Counted from the stretch's first letter, positions 48,016 through 57,661 are shown. The stretch: DNA of 64,000 nucleotides from Minisyncoccia bacterium (GCA_046598345.1 JBKJIT010000001.1:44251-108250), one strand, 5' to 3'. Notes: generated by a model not told the origin, from the sequence alone. Made by a program: numbers and translations.

Positions 48016-48188
48016 CGGGATGTAGCTTAGTTGGAGAGGTTTTGCGTGTAGCATACAACCACTGCACCATCTGCAGCCGCGATATGGTGAACTGCCGACG
48101 ACAAGTTGGAGGAAGGAGTGGAAACGTACAAAGCCGAGAGTACTAGGACAGTTTCCTAGGAGCGTTGGTTCGAATCCGACCATCCCGA
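48016..48188 (+). tRNA. tRNA-like gene with about 97 nt of additional internal sequence (intron- or insertion-containing tRNA, or tRNA-like processing element)
   Basis: 7-bp acceptor stem CGGGATG / CATCCCG, discriminator A, canonical T-arm GTTGG-TTCGAAT-CCGAC, D-arm-like TAGCTTAGTTGGAGAGG. A candidate anticodon hairpin CTAGG-ACAGTTT-CCTAG lies just before the T-arm. Overall length is 173 nt. Confidence 0.5.
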
Positions 48189-48264
48189 CCGCCATTCTTA
48201 AGTCTTACTTAAGAATGGCAACCTTTTTACCGTATTCAATATTGAAAAATAAAATCAGCGTTTA

Positions 48265-48377
<113 letters not shown>

Positions 48378-48393
48378 AGTGCTGATTTAACTA

Positions 48394-48422
48394 AAAAGCA
48401 CCAGCATCAGCTGGTGCTTTTT
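48394..48422 (+). terminator. Rho-independent terminator after 5S
   Basis: aaaaagcaccagc-atca-gctggtgcttttt. Confidence 0.7.
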
Positions 48423-48445
48423 AGAAATCAGTCACTCAATTTTAG

Positions 48446-48555
48446 TTGGCGGTTCCCTTCGTCCAGTGGTTTTCTCCAAGGAAGAGAAAACCAGGAGATA
48501 AATTCAACATAGTCGTTACACTCCTTGTTTCATTCAACTTTAAGTGCTGATTTTT
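48446..48555 (+). pseudogene. Degenerate 5S-like remnant (second copy of the 5S flanking/terminal sequences with a divergent interior)
   Basis: It starts tttagttggcgg (compare aagttggtgg) and ends caactttaagtgctgatt, identical to the 20 nt that follow the true 5S gene. Confidence 0.3.
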
Positions 48556-48596
48556 TATGCTCACACCGTAGCTTTTTCATATGATACTATACGTGA

Positions 48597-49127
48597 ATGA
48601 AGGATCAATTTACTCTTTTGACTACAGGCTTTCTCTCGGGTGTTGCTGTTTTGCTGTCTCTGGTCTTCACCCTTAACAATCCACTTTCTTTAATTCCAGG
48701 AATTATATATGGTGTAATTACCGGGGCTTATTTCAATCATGCATTTTTAAATCCAAAACCAATTACTAAATTAATTTTATGGACTCTTGTCTCGACATTC
48801 AGTTTTTTTGTAGCAACAAGCATAGCCGCTTCTTATGTTGCTGACAGTATAGGTCTCGATAAGAACACCATGGATAACACAACGTTTGGGCTGGTATTCG
48901 CCCTATCAGGACTTACTGGTGCATTTGTACTGGCGATTGGATTTCATTTTATATTTCACAGGTTACAACTTCTGCGATTTATATTAGTGCCTGTAACAGG
49001 AAGCATTACGGCTTTTGCTGTCATGGCATTTGAGGGGAATTTATCTACCATTCCTCTTTTATGGGTAGTTTGGCAAACAATTGTTACTTTTATTCTGGCA
49101 TATCCATTTTCTACTAAATTAAAATAA
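48597..49127 (+). CDS. Hypothetical polytopic membrane protein (5-6 TM)
   Basis: Hydrophobicity pattern only; the gene is AT-rich. Confidence 0.4.
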   Translation: MKDQFTLLTTGFLSGVAVLLSLVFTLNNPLSLIPGIIYGVITGAYFNHAFLNPKPITKLILWTLVSTFSFFVATSIAASYVADSIGLDKNTMDNTTFGLVFALSGLTGAFVLAIGFHFIFHRLQLLRFILVPVTGSITAFAVMAFEGNLSTIPLLWVVWQTIVTFILAYPFSTKLK

Positions 49128-49147
49128 GGTTCTGGTACAATACATCA

Positions 49148-49222
49148 ATGCGAATGTGGGCACTTTGGCGACGATTGGTATACGGAGTGATATTTTTTCT
49201 GTCGTTGCCCTTTCTTAATTAG
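49148..49222 (+). pseudogene. Truncated duplicate of the N-terminus of the downstream vWA gene (MRMWALWRRLVYGV...)
   Basis: About 65 bp nearly identical to 49688-49755; the reading frame terminates after 24 codons. Confidence 0.4.
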
Positions 49223-49428
49223 GAGTAAGAAACTTGGACAGGAGCTCGCAATAGACGCTACGCTTCCCGGCTCACTTCAATTGAAGTTTTTTTTTAAAAA
49301 AAGACTTGAATGAGCCGTCTTGTGGCTGATTTGCTTCTACTTGACAATATATGATCTATATCGTATCATATTTAATTGACGTAGCATACTCACTATTTTG
49401 TGAAAGGCTACGTAACCAGGAGAGTAGA

Positions 49429-49572
49429 AATGAAATTTGACTATCAAAAGTGGAAAGCGCACCTCACGCTGGAAAATGTAAGTCTGACGATGGCTGCCTT
49501 GGGAGGTCTCGTGCTTCTCGGCTTGGTAATAGTTCGCTTTGCGACCGTCGGCGCAGGACTGCCTGTCAGTTA
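49429..49572 (+). CDS. Small (47 aa) single-TM ORF with SD and terminator
   Basis: ccaggagagtagaaATG; a hairpin accgcacctta-tact-aaggtgcggtttt follows at 49596-49626. Confidence 0.3.
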
Positions 49573-49699
49573 AGTCAGAGAGGTCAAGCATGTCGGGAAT
49601 CCACCGCACCTTATACTAAGGTGCGGTTTTATTAAATTTTGCTATGTACCAAGAAACCCCCTAGACTGCGAAGCTGTCTAGGGGGTTTCTTGGTACAAT

Positions 49700-51073
49700 A
49701 TGCTCACTATGCGAATGTGGGCACTTTGGCGACGATTGATATATGGAGTGGCTTTTGTGATGCTCATGGGTCTCATGAGTACAGGGATCTATTACAAATA
49801 TCTGTATGTTGAGCCAACGTGTTTTGATACAGTCCAAAATGGGGAAGAGAAAGGAGTAGACTGTGGAGGGAAATGCGTGCGTATATGTGCAGTAACTGTT
49901 ATGAATCCTACCGTGCTCTGGGCAGAGGCATTTCATGCCACGAAAGGGGAACATAACGCTGTTGCGTATGTCGAAAACAAAAATGAATCGGGTGCTCCTC
50001 AGGCATTCTATACACTTGCACTCCACGACGAGGGCGGGCTAATTGCAGAGCGAAAAGGTGTGACACCGATTCCTCCGCGCACCACGATTCCAATCTTTGA
50101 AGGACGAATTGAAACAGGGAATCGAGTCCCAACGCGGACTGAATTAACCTTTACCGAGATTCCACTCTGGGTGCCGGCTACCATACAAAATAACCAGTTT
50201 GTCGTTGAAAATCGCTCACTCAAAAATGCTGATACCTTACCGAGGCTTGATGCACGCGTGACTAACACATCCCTCGTGCCTGCAGAGGACATTGAAATTG
50301 TTGCCACAATCTTTGATATTAAGAGAAATCCTCTTACGTCATCCCGTACGGTGGTTCCGTACTTTGAACCACGCTCTACAAAAAACATTGTCTTTACATG
50401 GCAAGAGCCAATCGCAAAGACGATTCGAAGTTGCGAGGTTCCAACTGACATCGTGCTCGCGATCGATCTCTCGGGAAGCATGAACAATGACGGTGGCACG
50501 CCCCCTGAACCAATCAGTTCTGTACTCAAAGCCGCCAGCGCATTTGCTCTTAGGCTTAATGAGCAAGATCAAATAAGCTTAGTGACGTACGCAACTCTGG
50601 CGGTCACAAGAGAAAATCTTACGAATGAGCACGGGCGGGTGAGTGAAATTATTGATGCGCTCAAGATTGCACCTGCGGATGAAACGGGAGGTACGAATAC
50701 GGGAGATGCGCTGGTGCGTGCAACTGAGGAGCTTCGTTCAGAGCGACACAATTCGAATGCACGGAAAGTAGTCGTGCTCCTCACTGATGGACTCGCGAAT
50801 GAGCCAGACGTGGATCCAGAAGTGTACGCACTCGCTGCAGCAGAAACACTGAAGGGAACGGGAGCAGAGGTGTACACGATCGGTCTTGGAAGTGAACTTA
50901 ATGAAACATTCCTCAGAAGTATTGCGACAGATAGTGATCACTACTTCAGCGCAGGATCATCTGCAACCATTGATCGAATTTACAAAAACGTGACGAGTGC
51001 GCTCTGTGAAGACGGCGCCGCGATTATTGAGATTACGCCGAAGCCTAAGACCGACTTTGCACCACTTCAGTGA
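49700..51073 (+). CDS. Membrane-anchored von Willebrand factor A (vWA) domain protein
   Basis: N-terminal TM helix; MIDAS motif DLSGSM...; vWA fold signature LLTDGLAN. Confidence 0.7.
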   Translation: MLTMRMWALWRRLIYGVAFVMLMGLMSTGIYYKYLYVEPTCFDTVQNGEEKGVDCGGKCVRICAVTVMNPTVLWAEAFHATKGEHNAVAYVENKNESGAPQAFYTLALHDEGGLIAERKGVTPIPPRTTIPIFEGRIETGNRVPTRTELTFTEIPLWVPATIQNNQFVVENRSLKNADTLPRLDARVTNTSLVPAEDIEIVATIFDIKRNPLTSSRTVVPYFEPRSTKNIVFTWQEPIAKTIRSCEVPTDIVLAIDLSGSMNNDGGTPPEPISSVLKAASAFALRLNEQDQISLVTYATLAVTRENLTNEHGRVSEIIDALKIAPADETGGTNTGDALVRATEELRSERHNSNARKVVVLLTDGLANEPDVDPEVYALAAAETLKGTGAEVYTIGLGSELNETFLRSIATDSDHYFSAGSSATIDRIYKNVTSALCEDGAAIIEITPKPKTDFAPLQ

Positions 51074-51387
51074 CCAGAAAATAATGAGCGAAGCGTGAGA
51101 GGCAAACACTTGGAGCCTTGCAAGACTTATTAAGATTTTCTGAATAAGAAAATCTTAATAAGTTGACAGTCTCTGTAAGAGATATATTTTCTGAGTCCAT
51201 GGCCTAGAAGTTAACGAGCGAAGCGACTATAACTTCTGGTCTGTCTTCTTTTTCTTTCATAATGAAAAAGAAGGCCAAAACGTGCTTTCCTAACGCCTCG
51301 TTCCGACGCTTGAGTCTAAAGGCCCATTGTAGCAGTAGATAAATGAGACAGGCTTTCAAATAGGTTCTGGCTCCTGCATAATATGGT

Positions 51388-52503
51388 ATGCGTGGGCTGC
51401 GGGCTTTTTTTGGATCCGTCGATATATGGCTTATCTTAGCCGTAGTTTTCCTATCCCTTCTTGGACTCGTGACGATGTACACCTTCGGCGGTGACAATTC
51501 ATACTTTGAACGCCAAATAGTTTGGATTGTACTTGCGATTGGCGCGCTTCTTATTGCAATTATTCCGGACTACCGATTTCTCCGTTCAGGAAACACAACA
51601 TTCTTTCTCTATATCATTACACTCCTCCTCCTCGTGCTCGTCTTGTTTATCGGGGAGACAGTGAAAGGGGCGCAGAGCCGTTTCGATCTCATCTTCTTCT
51701 CACTGCAGCCGTCTGATCCAGCAAAGCTTATTTTGATTGCAGTTCTTGCAAAATATTTTTCAAAGCGGCATGAGCTCATTGGCGACTTCAAGCATATTCT
51801 TATTTCAGGTGTCTATGCACTTCTCGTATTTGGACTCGTATTTATTCAACCAGACTTTGGTTCTGGGATCATCATTTTTTCCATATGGTTTGGCATGGTT
51901 TTTATTTCTGGAATTTCATTTCGGCATTTGGCGGTCGTCATTACTGCGGGTGCGATAGCCTTTTTGCTTCTCTGGAATTTTGGATTTCAGGAGTACCAGA
52001 AGCAGCGCATCATGACATTTTTAAATCCTCTCGCGGACATTCAGGGGACAGGGTATAACGCGTACCAGTCGACGATTGCGGTTGGTTCCGGGCAGCTTTG
52101 GGGGAAAGGTGTTGGGTATGGGACGCAGTCGAAGCTTCAGTTTCTTCCCGAGTATGAGACCGACTTCATTTTCGCTGCGTATGCAGAGGAATGGGGACTT
52201 ATTGGGGTAGGGATGCTTTTTATACTTTTTGGAGTAGTTATCTGGCGCATTTTGCACCACGCACTTCGCGGTGCAACGAATTTTGAGCGACTCTTTGCCA
52301 CTGGTGTTGCGATCCTTATTACCGCTCACTTCTTCGTGCACATTGGTATGAATATTGGCCTTCTCCCAGTTACCGGAACGACGATTCCATTTTTAAGTTA
52401 TGGAGGGTCGCATCTTTTCACGGAGTTTATTGCAGTGGGAATGGTGATTGCGATGGGGAGGTATACGAAGAGGCACTACACTGCAAAAGACATAGTTGAG
52501 TAA
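51388..52503 (+). CDS. rodA: SEDS-family peptidoglycan glycosyltransferase RodA/FtsW
   Basis: Ten TM helices; conserved FIFAAYAEEWGLIG and PVTGTTIPFLSYGGS motifs. Confidence 0.85.
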   Translation: MRGLRAFFGSVDIWLILAVVFLSLLGLVTMYTFGGDNSYFERQIVWIVLAIGALLIAIIPDYRFLRSGNTTFFLYIITLLLLVLVLFIGETVKGAQSRFDLIFFSLQPSDPAKLILIAVLAKYFSKRHELIGDFKHILISGVYALLVFGLVFIQPDFGSGIIIFSIWFGMVFISGISFRHLAVVITAGAIAFLLLWNFGFQEYQKQRIMTFLNPLADIQGTGYNAYQSTIAVGSGQLWGKGVGYGTQSKLQFLPEYETDFIFAAYAEEWGLIGVGMLFILFGVVIWRILHHALRGATNFERLFATGVAILITAHFFVHIGMNIGLLPVTGTTIPFLSYGGSHLFTEFIAVGMVIAMGRYTKRHYTAKDIVE

Positions 52504-52621
52504 ATCACCGAAAATAGCGCATTTCATTGTCGAACGTCACAAAATGCCCCTCACTGTACGATGAGTACACCTCGTGTCATTTTGTTCGTTCTCTTCGAAC
52601 TGCATCTATTTTCGGTGATTT
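52502..52621. repeat. About 120-bp imperfect inverted repeat between convergent genes
   Basis: Outer arms aaatcaccgaaaata / tattttcggtgattt are perfect; inner cacaaaatg / cattttgt also pair. Confidence 0.45.
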
Positions 52622-52699
52622 AAGGAAGCACTCAGGAAAAGTTTTAAACTATCTTTAATATAAGTAATAAAAAAGGGAACCCGAAGGCTCCCTTGTGAA

Positions 52700-53167
52700 T
52701 TAGTATTCGTTTTCTGCAGCTCTATCAGCAGCAATACTATCTTCGCGTTTTTCTGCTTTAGTGCGATCGTCATACCAAAAGTCGACGCCGCCAGTGTACT
52801 CCTGCTCTAAATTTCGCAGTGTCCTGTAGTACGTCTCGCGAAATGCCGGGTGGCACTTTTCGAGCACATCATCCGGCACATCGGGATCATGACGAGCGAT
52901 ATGGCGCGCCCGTTCACGCTGGGCTATTGCTTCTTCGGCCGCAGTCATGCGGGCCGGCGCTGTTGCCAAGGGAGTATCTTTCACTCGCCCTAGCAGCTCG
53001 TTGCGACCGCGGTAGTACCCGTCGCGGAATGAAATCGAACGTGTGTCGATTCCGCGGAGCGGTTTGCGGCTTTGCTTGCCTACTTCATAGCCATTCCTCC
53101 ATTCTGCCTGGGACACGCGGATTGTCTCCGCGACGCGGCGTTGGTTAAAAGAACCACTCATAGACAC
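52700..53167 (-). CDS. GC-rich orphan hypothetical protein (155 aa) with a perfect AGGAGG SD
   Basis: Markedly higher GC than its neighbours; aacaggaggtgtctATG on the minus strand. Arg/Glu-rich, no recognisable domain. Confidence 0.4.
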   Translation of the reverse strand: MSMSGSFNQRRVAETIRVSQAEWRNGYEVGKQSRKPLRGIDTRSISFRDGYYRGRNELLGRVKDTPLATAPARMTAAEEAIAQRERARHIARHDPDVPDDVLEKCHPAFRETYYRTLRNLEQEYTGGVDFWYDDRTKAEKREDSIAADRAAENEY

Positions 53168-53283
53168 CTCCTGTTTTCACAGGAAATGGCTAGAGGGATT
53201 CTAGACCTTAAATTTCCTATGATTAAGTAAATGCAGGAAAAAGATACCATGAAAGCAATTTTTGTCAAATAGGTCTTTTCTTC

Positions 53284-54426
53284 CTATTTGTAGAGCAAAA
53301 GTGTTTTTTGCAGCATCGTTTCTAGATCGAATTCCTTTACAACTTTTTCTGTAAGGTTTTGCGCAAATCGCTCTCGTGATTCTAGATTTGCCATTTCGAG
53401 AAGCCCTGCTTCAAGTGTTTCTGACTCCTTAGGATCAATAAGAATTCCCGAGTGGTGGTCTTCAACAATTTCGGGAATGCCACCCACACGACTTCCAATC
53501 GCTGCGAGTCCGGCAGCACCGGCCTCAATGAGACCATACGGCATGCCTTCCTTAAGAGAGGGAATAACAAACACATCAAAGGCTTTGAGGTATGAGCGAG
53601 CGTTGTCGACGTATCCGGTGAAGTGTACGTACGTCTTGATCCCGGTCTTCTCAACAACCTTTTCAAGTAGCTCCCGGTCTTCACCGTCACCCATAAGAGT
53701 AAGAAATATCTTTGGAAGTTCTGTTTGGTTGTGTGCACGAAGTGCCCCAAGAAGGAAGATAAGATTTTTATTTTGGTTGTGCTCACTTGTTGAGACCGCC
53801 CACATATCCTGTGCGTGTAGAGTAGAAAGCTTATCGCCAAAAATGGCAATGCGCGCTTCGTCGCGTACTTTAAAATCAATGTTCGGCACTGCAGTTTTTA
53901 TCACTGCGAACTTATGCTTCGTAAAAGGAAGAAACGTCCGTCGATGCTCGTATTCTGAAACAACAATTATTGTATTGACAAGAAGTGCAGTAATCCATGA
54001 AAGTGACCAGACGATGCTTTTCCACCAGAGGGGTCGATCTTCCCAAAACGCCCAGCCGTGCGCTGTAAAGATAATTTTTTTAACACCGAGGATTCGGGAA
54101 ACAAGTGCACCAGTACCTCCTGCTTTTGAACTATTTAAATGTATGATGTCCGGCTGAAACGATTTAATGATTTGGGCAAGCTCAAAAATCGACTGGAATT
54201 CCTTTTTAATATTGATATCGCGCTGAAAACTTTCGATGGTAAAGACTGGAATGTTTGCAGCCCGCAGCTTTTCTGTCAAAACCCCAGTACCTCCGCACGC
54301 AACTCTGACATCGTATTCCACTTTGGGAAGGGAGGTCGCCAATTCATATACGTAGCGCTGCGCACCGCCAAAATTTGATTTAGTTATTACGTATAATATT
54401 TTCCTTTTTGAAATGCCCATGCCCAT
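53284..54426 (-). CDS. Glycosyltransferase family 4 (GT-B, RfaG-like)
   Basis: C-terminal GT1/GT4 motif EGMPYGLIEAGAAGLAAIGSRVGGIPEIV; two Rossmann-like halves. Confidence 0.8.
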   Translation of the reverse strand: MGMGISKRKILYVITKSNFGGAQRYVYELATSLPKVEYDVRVACGGTGVLTEKLRAANIPVFTIESFQRDINIKKEFQSIFELAQIIKSFQPDIIHLNSSKAGGTGALVSRILGVKKIIFTAHGWAFWEDRPLWWKSIVWSLSWITALLVNTIIVVSEYEHRRTFLPFTKHKFAVIKTAVPNIDFKVRDEARIAIFGDKLSTLHAQDMWAVSTSEHNQNKNLIFLLGALRAHNQTELPKIFLTLMGDGEDRELLEKVVEKTGIKTYVHFTGYVDNARSYLKAFDVFVIPSLKEGMPYGLIEAGAAGLAAIGSRVGGIPEIVEDHHSGILIDPKESETLEAGLLEMANLESRERFAQNLTEKVVKEFDLETMLQKTLLLYK

Positions 54427-54468
54427 GTATCATAACTCTCTTCATCATGAAACGGATGCACGTAGTGA

Positions 54469-55881
54469 TTGACACCTGCTTCTCTCACTTGCGTAATTGT
54501 GGCCTTTTCGTATTATAGCTCGATGCATACCTTTGTTCGTGGAAGCACCGTACTCCTTCTTTTGGGCGATATTGTTGTGTTTGCCTGTGCACTCATTCTC
54601 ACACTTTTTGTGAGGTACCAATCAATTCCGTCCTCAGAAATGGTGTCCGTTCACTTACAGGCCTTCCTTGTACTTTTTGCTTTTTGGGTCCTTTCGTTTC
54701 TCATAACAGGGCTGTATGACCGGTATATTTCCCTTGTCCGTAAGAGCATTCCCTCCCTCGTACTCAAAGTCCAATTCTTTAATGTGCTACTTGCTGCGCT
54801 TCTGTTTTTTGCATTTCCGTTTGGTATTGAGCCAAAGACGAATCTTATTATCTATCTCATTATTTCATCAGCACTCATCATTGTGTGGCGCCTGTATCTC
54901 TACCCGGTCTTAGTAACGGGGAAGCCTATGCGAGCGCTGGTTATTGGGGACAGTGCGGAGGCAATGCAGATTGCGCGCGTATTCTCATCAAACCCATTTT
55001 TTAAGAATATAAAATCTTTTCTCCTTACACAGAAGGACATTCCTAATTTTGAAGAATTTCGTGCCGCACTTATTCGTTTCGCAAAGGAGGATTCGACCGA
55101 CATGGTTATTGCGGACATGCGGGACGAGTATGCAAAGCGCCTTACGAAAGATTTTTATGCGCTTGCATTTGAAAATACAAATATTCGCTTTTTTAATCTA
55201 CCTGCAATCTATGAACATTTGCAGCATCGAGTACCGCCATCCTTAGTTGAAGAAAGTTGGCTCCTCGAGAATGTGACAACGGGCGCTCCGCACTACGCGT
55301 ACGATGTGTTGAAGCGGTTCATTGATGTCTGCGGGGCGGCGGTTCTTTTTCTTCCATCCCTTCTTGTATTTCCATTTATTATTGCAGCAATTAAGCTTGA
55401 GGATCGTGGACCTGTTCTCTATACCGCAGAACGGGTGGGGCAGTATAACCGCGTTATCAAGATCTTTAAATTTCGCACCATGACGGGGCGTGATGAGGCA
55501 AAGGATGCACTAAAAAGTACGCTACGAGCGACGCGCGTAGGAAAAATCCTGCGCATGACGCGTCTTGATGAACTTCCGCAACTTCTTAATATTTTAAAAG
55601 GAGATCTCTCATTCATTGGACCCCGCCCTGAGATCCCATCGCTCGTAGCAGTCTATACCGAGAATATTCCATACTACACGCTGCGCCATCTCACGAAGCC
55701 GGGCCTCTCTGGTTGGGCGCAGATCAATAACTTTGATGTCCCCCGTGGAGGTGTTGATATTCCGCGCACCATCGACAAGCTTTCATTTGATCTCTATTAT
55801 CTGAAGCATCGATCCCTTCTTTTGGATATTGAAATTGCTCTTAAAACAATAAATACGCTCCTCATGCGGAGTGGAACCTGA
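54469..55881 (+). CDS. Polyprenyl-phosphate sugar phosphotransferase (WbaP/CpsE-like bacterial sugar transferase)
   Basis: N-terminal TM helices; C-terminal catalytic domain with KFRTM, GPRPE and SGWAQ motifs. Confidence 0.8.
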   Translation: MTPASLTCVIVAFSYYSSMHTFVRGSTVLLLLGDIVVFACALILTLFVRYQSIPSSEMVSVHLQAFLVLFAFWVLSFLITGLYDRYISLVRKSIPSLVLKVQFFNVLLAALLFFAFPFGIEPKTNLIIYLIISSALIIVWRLYLYPVLVTGKPMRALVIGDSAEAMQIARVFSSNPFFKNIKSFLLTQKDIPNFEEFRAALIRFAKEDSTDMVIADMRDEYAKRLTKDFYALAFENTNIRFFNLPAIYEHLQHRVPPSLVEESWLLENVTTGAPHYAYDVLKRFIDVCGAAVLFLPSLLVFPFIIAAIKLEDRGPVLYTAERVGQYNRVIKIFKFRTMTGRDEAKDALKSTLRATRVGKILRMTRLDELPQLLNILKGDLSFIGPRPEIPSLVAVYTENIPYYTLRHLTKPGLSGWAQINNFDVPRGGVDIPRTIDKLSFDLYYLKHRSLLLDIEIALKTINTLLMRSGT

Positions 55882-55932
55882 GTGTAGGTCACTGCGTTAC
55901 AATCCTGTATACTCGTGTAAATAATCTGTATC

Positions 55933-56838
55933 ATGTCAAAATATCTTGTAACCGGAGGAGCGGGTTTTATCGGAACGAATCTGACTGAGCGGCTTGTTCG
56001 TGACGGGCACGAGGTGATTGTTGTGGATGATCTCAGTGGGGGAAAGAAAGAGCGATTACCAAAGGAAGTCATCTTCCACGAACTTGATATTTGCAATACC
56101 GAAAAACTTACTGAAGTAATGAAAGATGTCGATGTCATTGTTCACCTTGCGGCACTTCCGCGTGTTCAGTTTTCTATTGAACATCCATTTGAGGCGCAAC
56201 GAGTAAACGTGGACGGAACGCTTTCAGTAATCGAGGCTGCACGGCAGGTCGGAGTAAAACGAGTAGTATATGCAGCTTCAAGTTCTGCATATGGCGATCA
56301 GGAAACGATGCCGTTAACGGAAGATCTGCCAGCGCAACCAAAAAGTCCTTACGGCCTTCACAAATATTATGGTGAATTGCTCATGAGATTGTGGTCAGAT
56401 ATTCATGGTCTTGAGACCGTGTCACTCCGTTTTTTTAATGTGTACGGCCCTCACCTGGATCCGGATGGGGCGTATGCGCTTGTTATTGGGCGCTTCCTTA
56501 AATTGCGTAAAGAGGGTAAGCCTATGACTATAACGGGGGATGGTGAACAGACACGCGATTTTACCCACGTGTTCGATGTTGTTGATGCGATTGTGCGAGC
56601 GAGTGAAAGCGATAAGGTAGGAAAGGGGGAGGTGTTTAATGTAGGCGCTGGAAGAAATGCGTCTATCAATGAGGTTACTACACTTATTGGAGGGGAAGTG
56701 GAATATGTTCCAGCTCGCATCGAGCCAAAGCATACGCTCGCAGACAATTCCTACATTCGAACAGTCCTCGACTGGCAGCCTACCATTACGTTCGAAGAAG
56801 GAATCGCAAATCTCAAAAAGGAATTTAATATTGAATGA
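55933..56838 (+). CDS. NAD-dependent sugar epimerase/dehydratase (GalE/WbpP-like SDR)
   Basis: TGGAGFIG Rossmann motif, YxxxK catalytic dyad (YGLHKYYGE). Confidence 0.8.
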   Translation: MSKYLVTGGAGFIGTNLTERLVRDGHEVIVVDDLSGGKKERLPKEVIFHELDICNTEKLTEVMKDVDVIVHLAALPRVQFSIEHPFEAQRVNVDGTLSVIEAARQVGVKRVVYAASSSAYGDQETMPLTEDLPAQPKSPYGLHKYYGELLMRLWSDIHGLETVSLRFFNVYGPHLDPDGAYALVIGRFLKLRKEGKPMTITGDGEQTRDFTHVFDVVDAIVRASESDKVGKGEVFNVGAGRNASINEVTTLIGGEVEYVPARIEPKHTLADNSYIRTVLDWQPTITFEEGIANLKKEFNIE

Positions 56839-57626
56839 TTGTAGACGGAAAGAAAATCGCTGAAAAAATATACAGCAAGATTCGAAATGAAGTCGAGCTT
56901 TTATCGCATACCCCTCGACTTGCAATTATTACCTGTGCGCCTACTTTTGAAACACAAAAGTATTTAGATCTTAAAAAGAAAAAGGCCACAGAAGTTGGGA
57001 TCGCAACAGGTATCATTCATTTGCCAGAAGAAAGCACGACAGAGGATTTCCAGAAAATTATTGCTCATACTGTTAGTGAGAGTGATGGAATCATTGTGCA
57101 GTTGCCACTTCCTCAAGGAATTGACATACGTGTGGTGCTCAACACAGTTCCTCCGTCACATGATGTAGATGCTCTCAATCAAGAATCAACACACGTGCTT
57201 CCCCCAGTCGTAGGTGCCATTGAAGAAATTCTGGGTACGTATGAAGTGAGTTCTTTTAATAAGCATGTCACGATCTTAGGAAGCGGCCGGCTCGTCGGAG
57301 TTCCCGCATCACAATGGTTTGAATCCCACGGCTCGTACGTAAGTATTGTGACGAAAGAAACAGAAGATATTTCATTCTACACAAAAAATGCAGACATCAT
57401 CGTATGTGGTACAGGAGTGCCGGGACTCCTCCTACCATCTATGATTAAAGACGGGGTTATGATTCTTGACGCGGGGACTTCTGAGGAAAGGGGGCTTTTG
57501 AAGGGAGATGCAGATCCAGCATGTGCTGAAAAGGCGTCTTTATTCACTCCGGTCCCGGGCGGCATCGGTCCCGTTACGGTTGCTGTACTCCTTCGAAATC
57601 TTATTGTCTTAATGAAGAAGGAGTAA
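56835..57626 (+). CDS. folD: Bifunctional methylenetetrahydrofolate dehydrogenase/cyclohydrolase
   Basis: FolD layout with the C-terminal PVPGGIGPVTVAVLL motif. Confidence 0.85.
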   Translation: MIVDGKKIAEKIYSKIRNEVELLSHTPRLAIITCAPTFETQKYLDLKKKKATEVGIATGIIHLPEESTTEDFQKIIAHTVSESDGIIVQLPLPQGIDIRVVLNTVPPSHDVDALNQESTHVLPPVVGAIEEILGTYEVSSFNKHVTILGSGRLVGVPASQWFESHGSYVSIVTKETEDISFYTKNADIIVCGTGVPGLLLPSMIKDGVMILDAGTSEERGLLKGDADPACAEKASLFTPVPGGIGPVTVAVLLRNLIVLMKKE

Positions 57627-57661
57627 TTTTTGTGCTATAGTACGTCCCATATTTTGCACCT

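Noticed and set aside
53477-54157. 226-aa plus-strand ORF
   Set aside because: Antisense to the GT4 glycosyltransferase gene.
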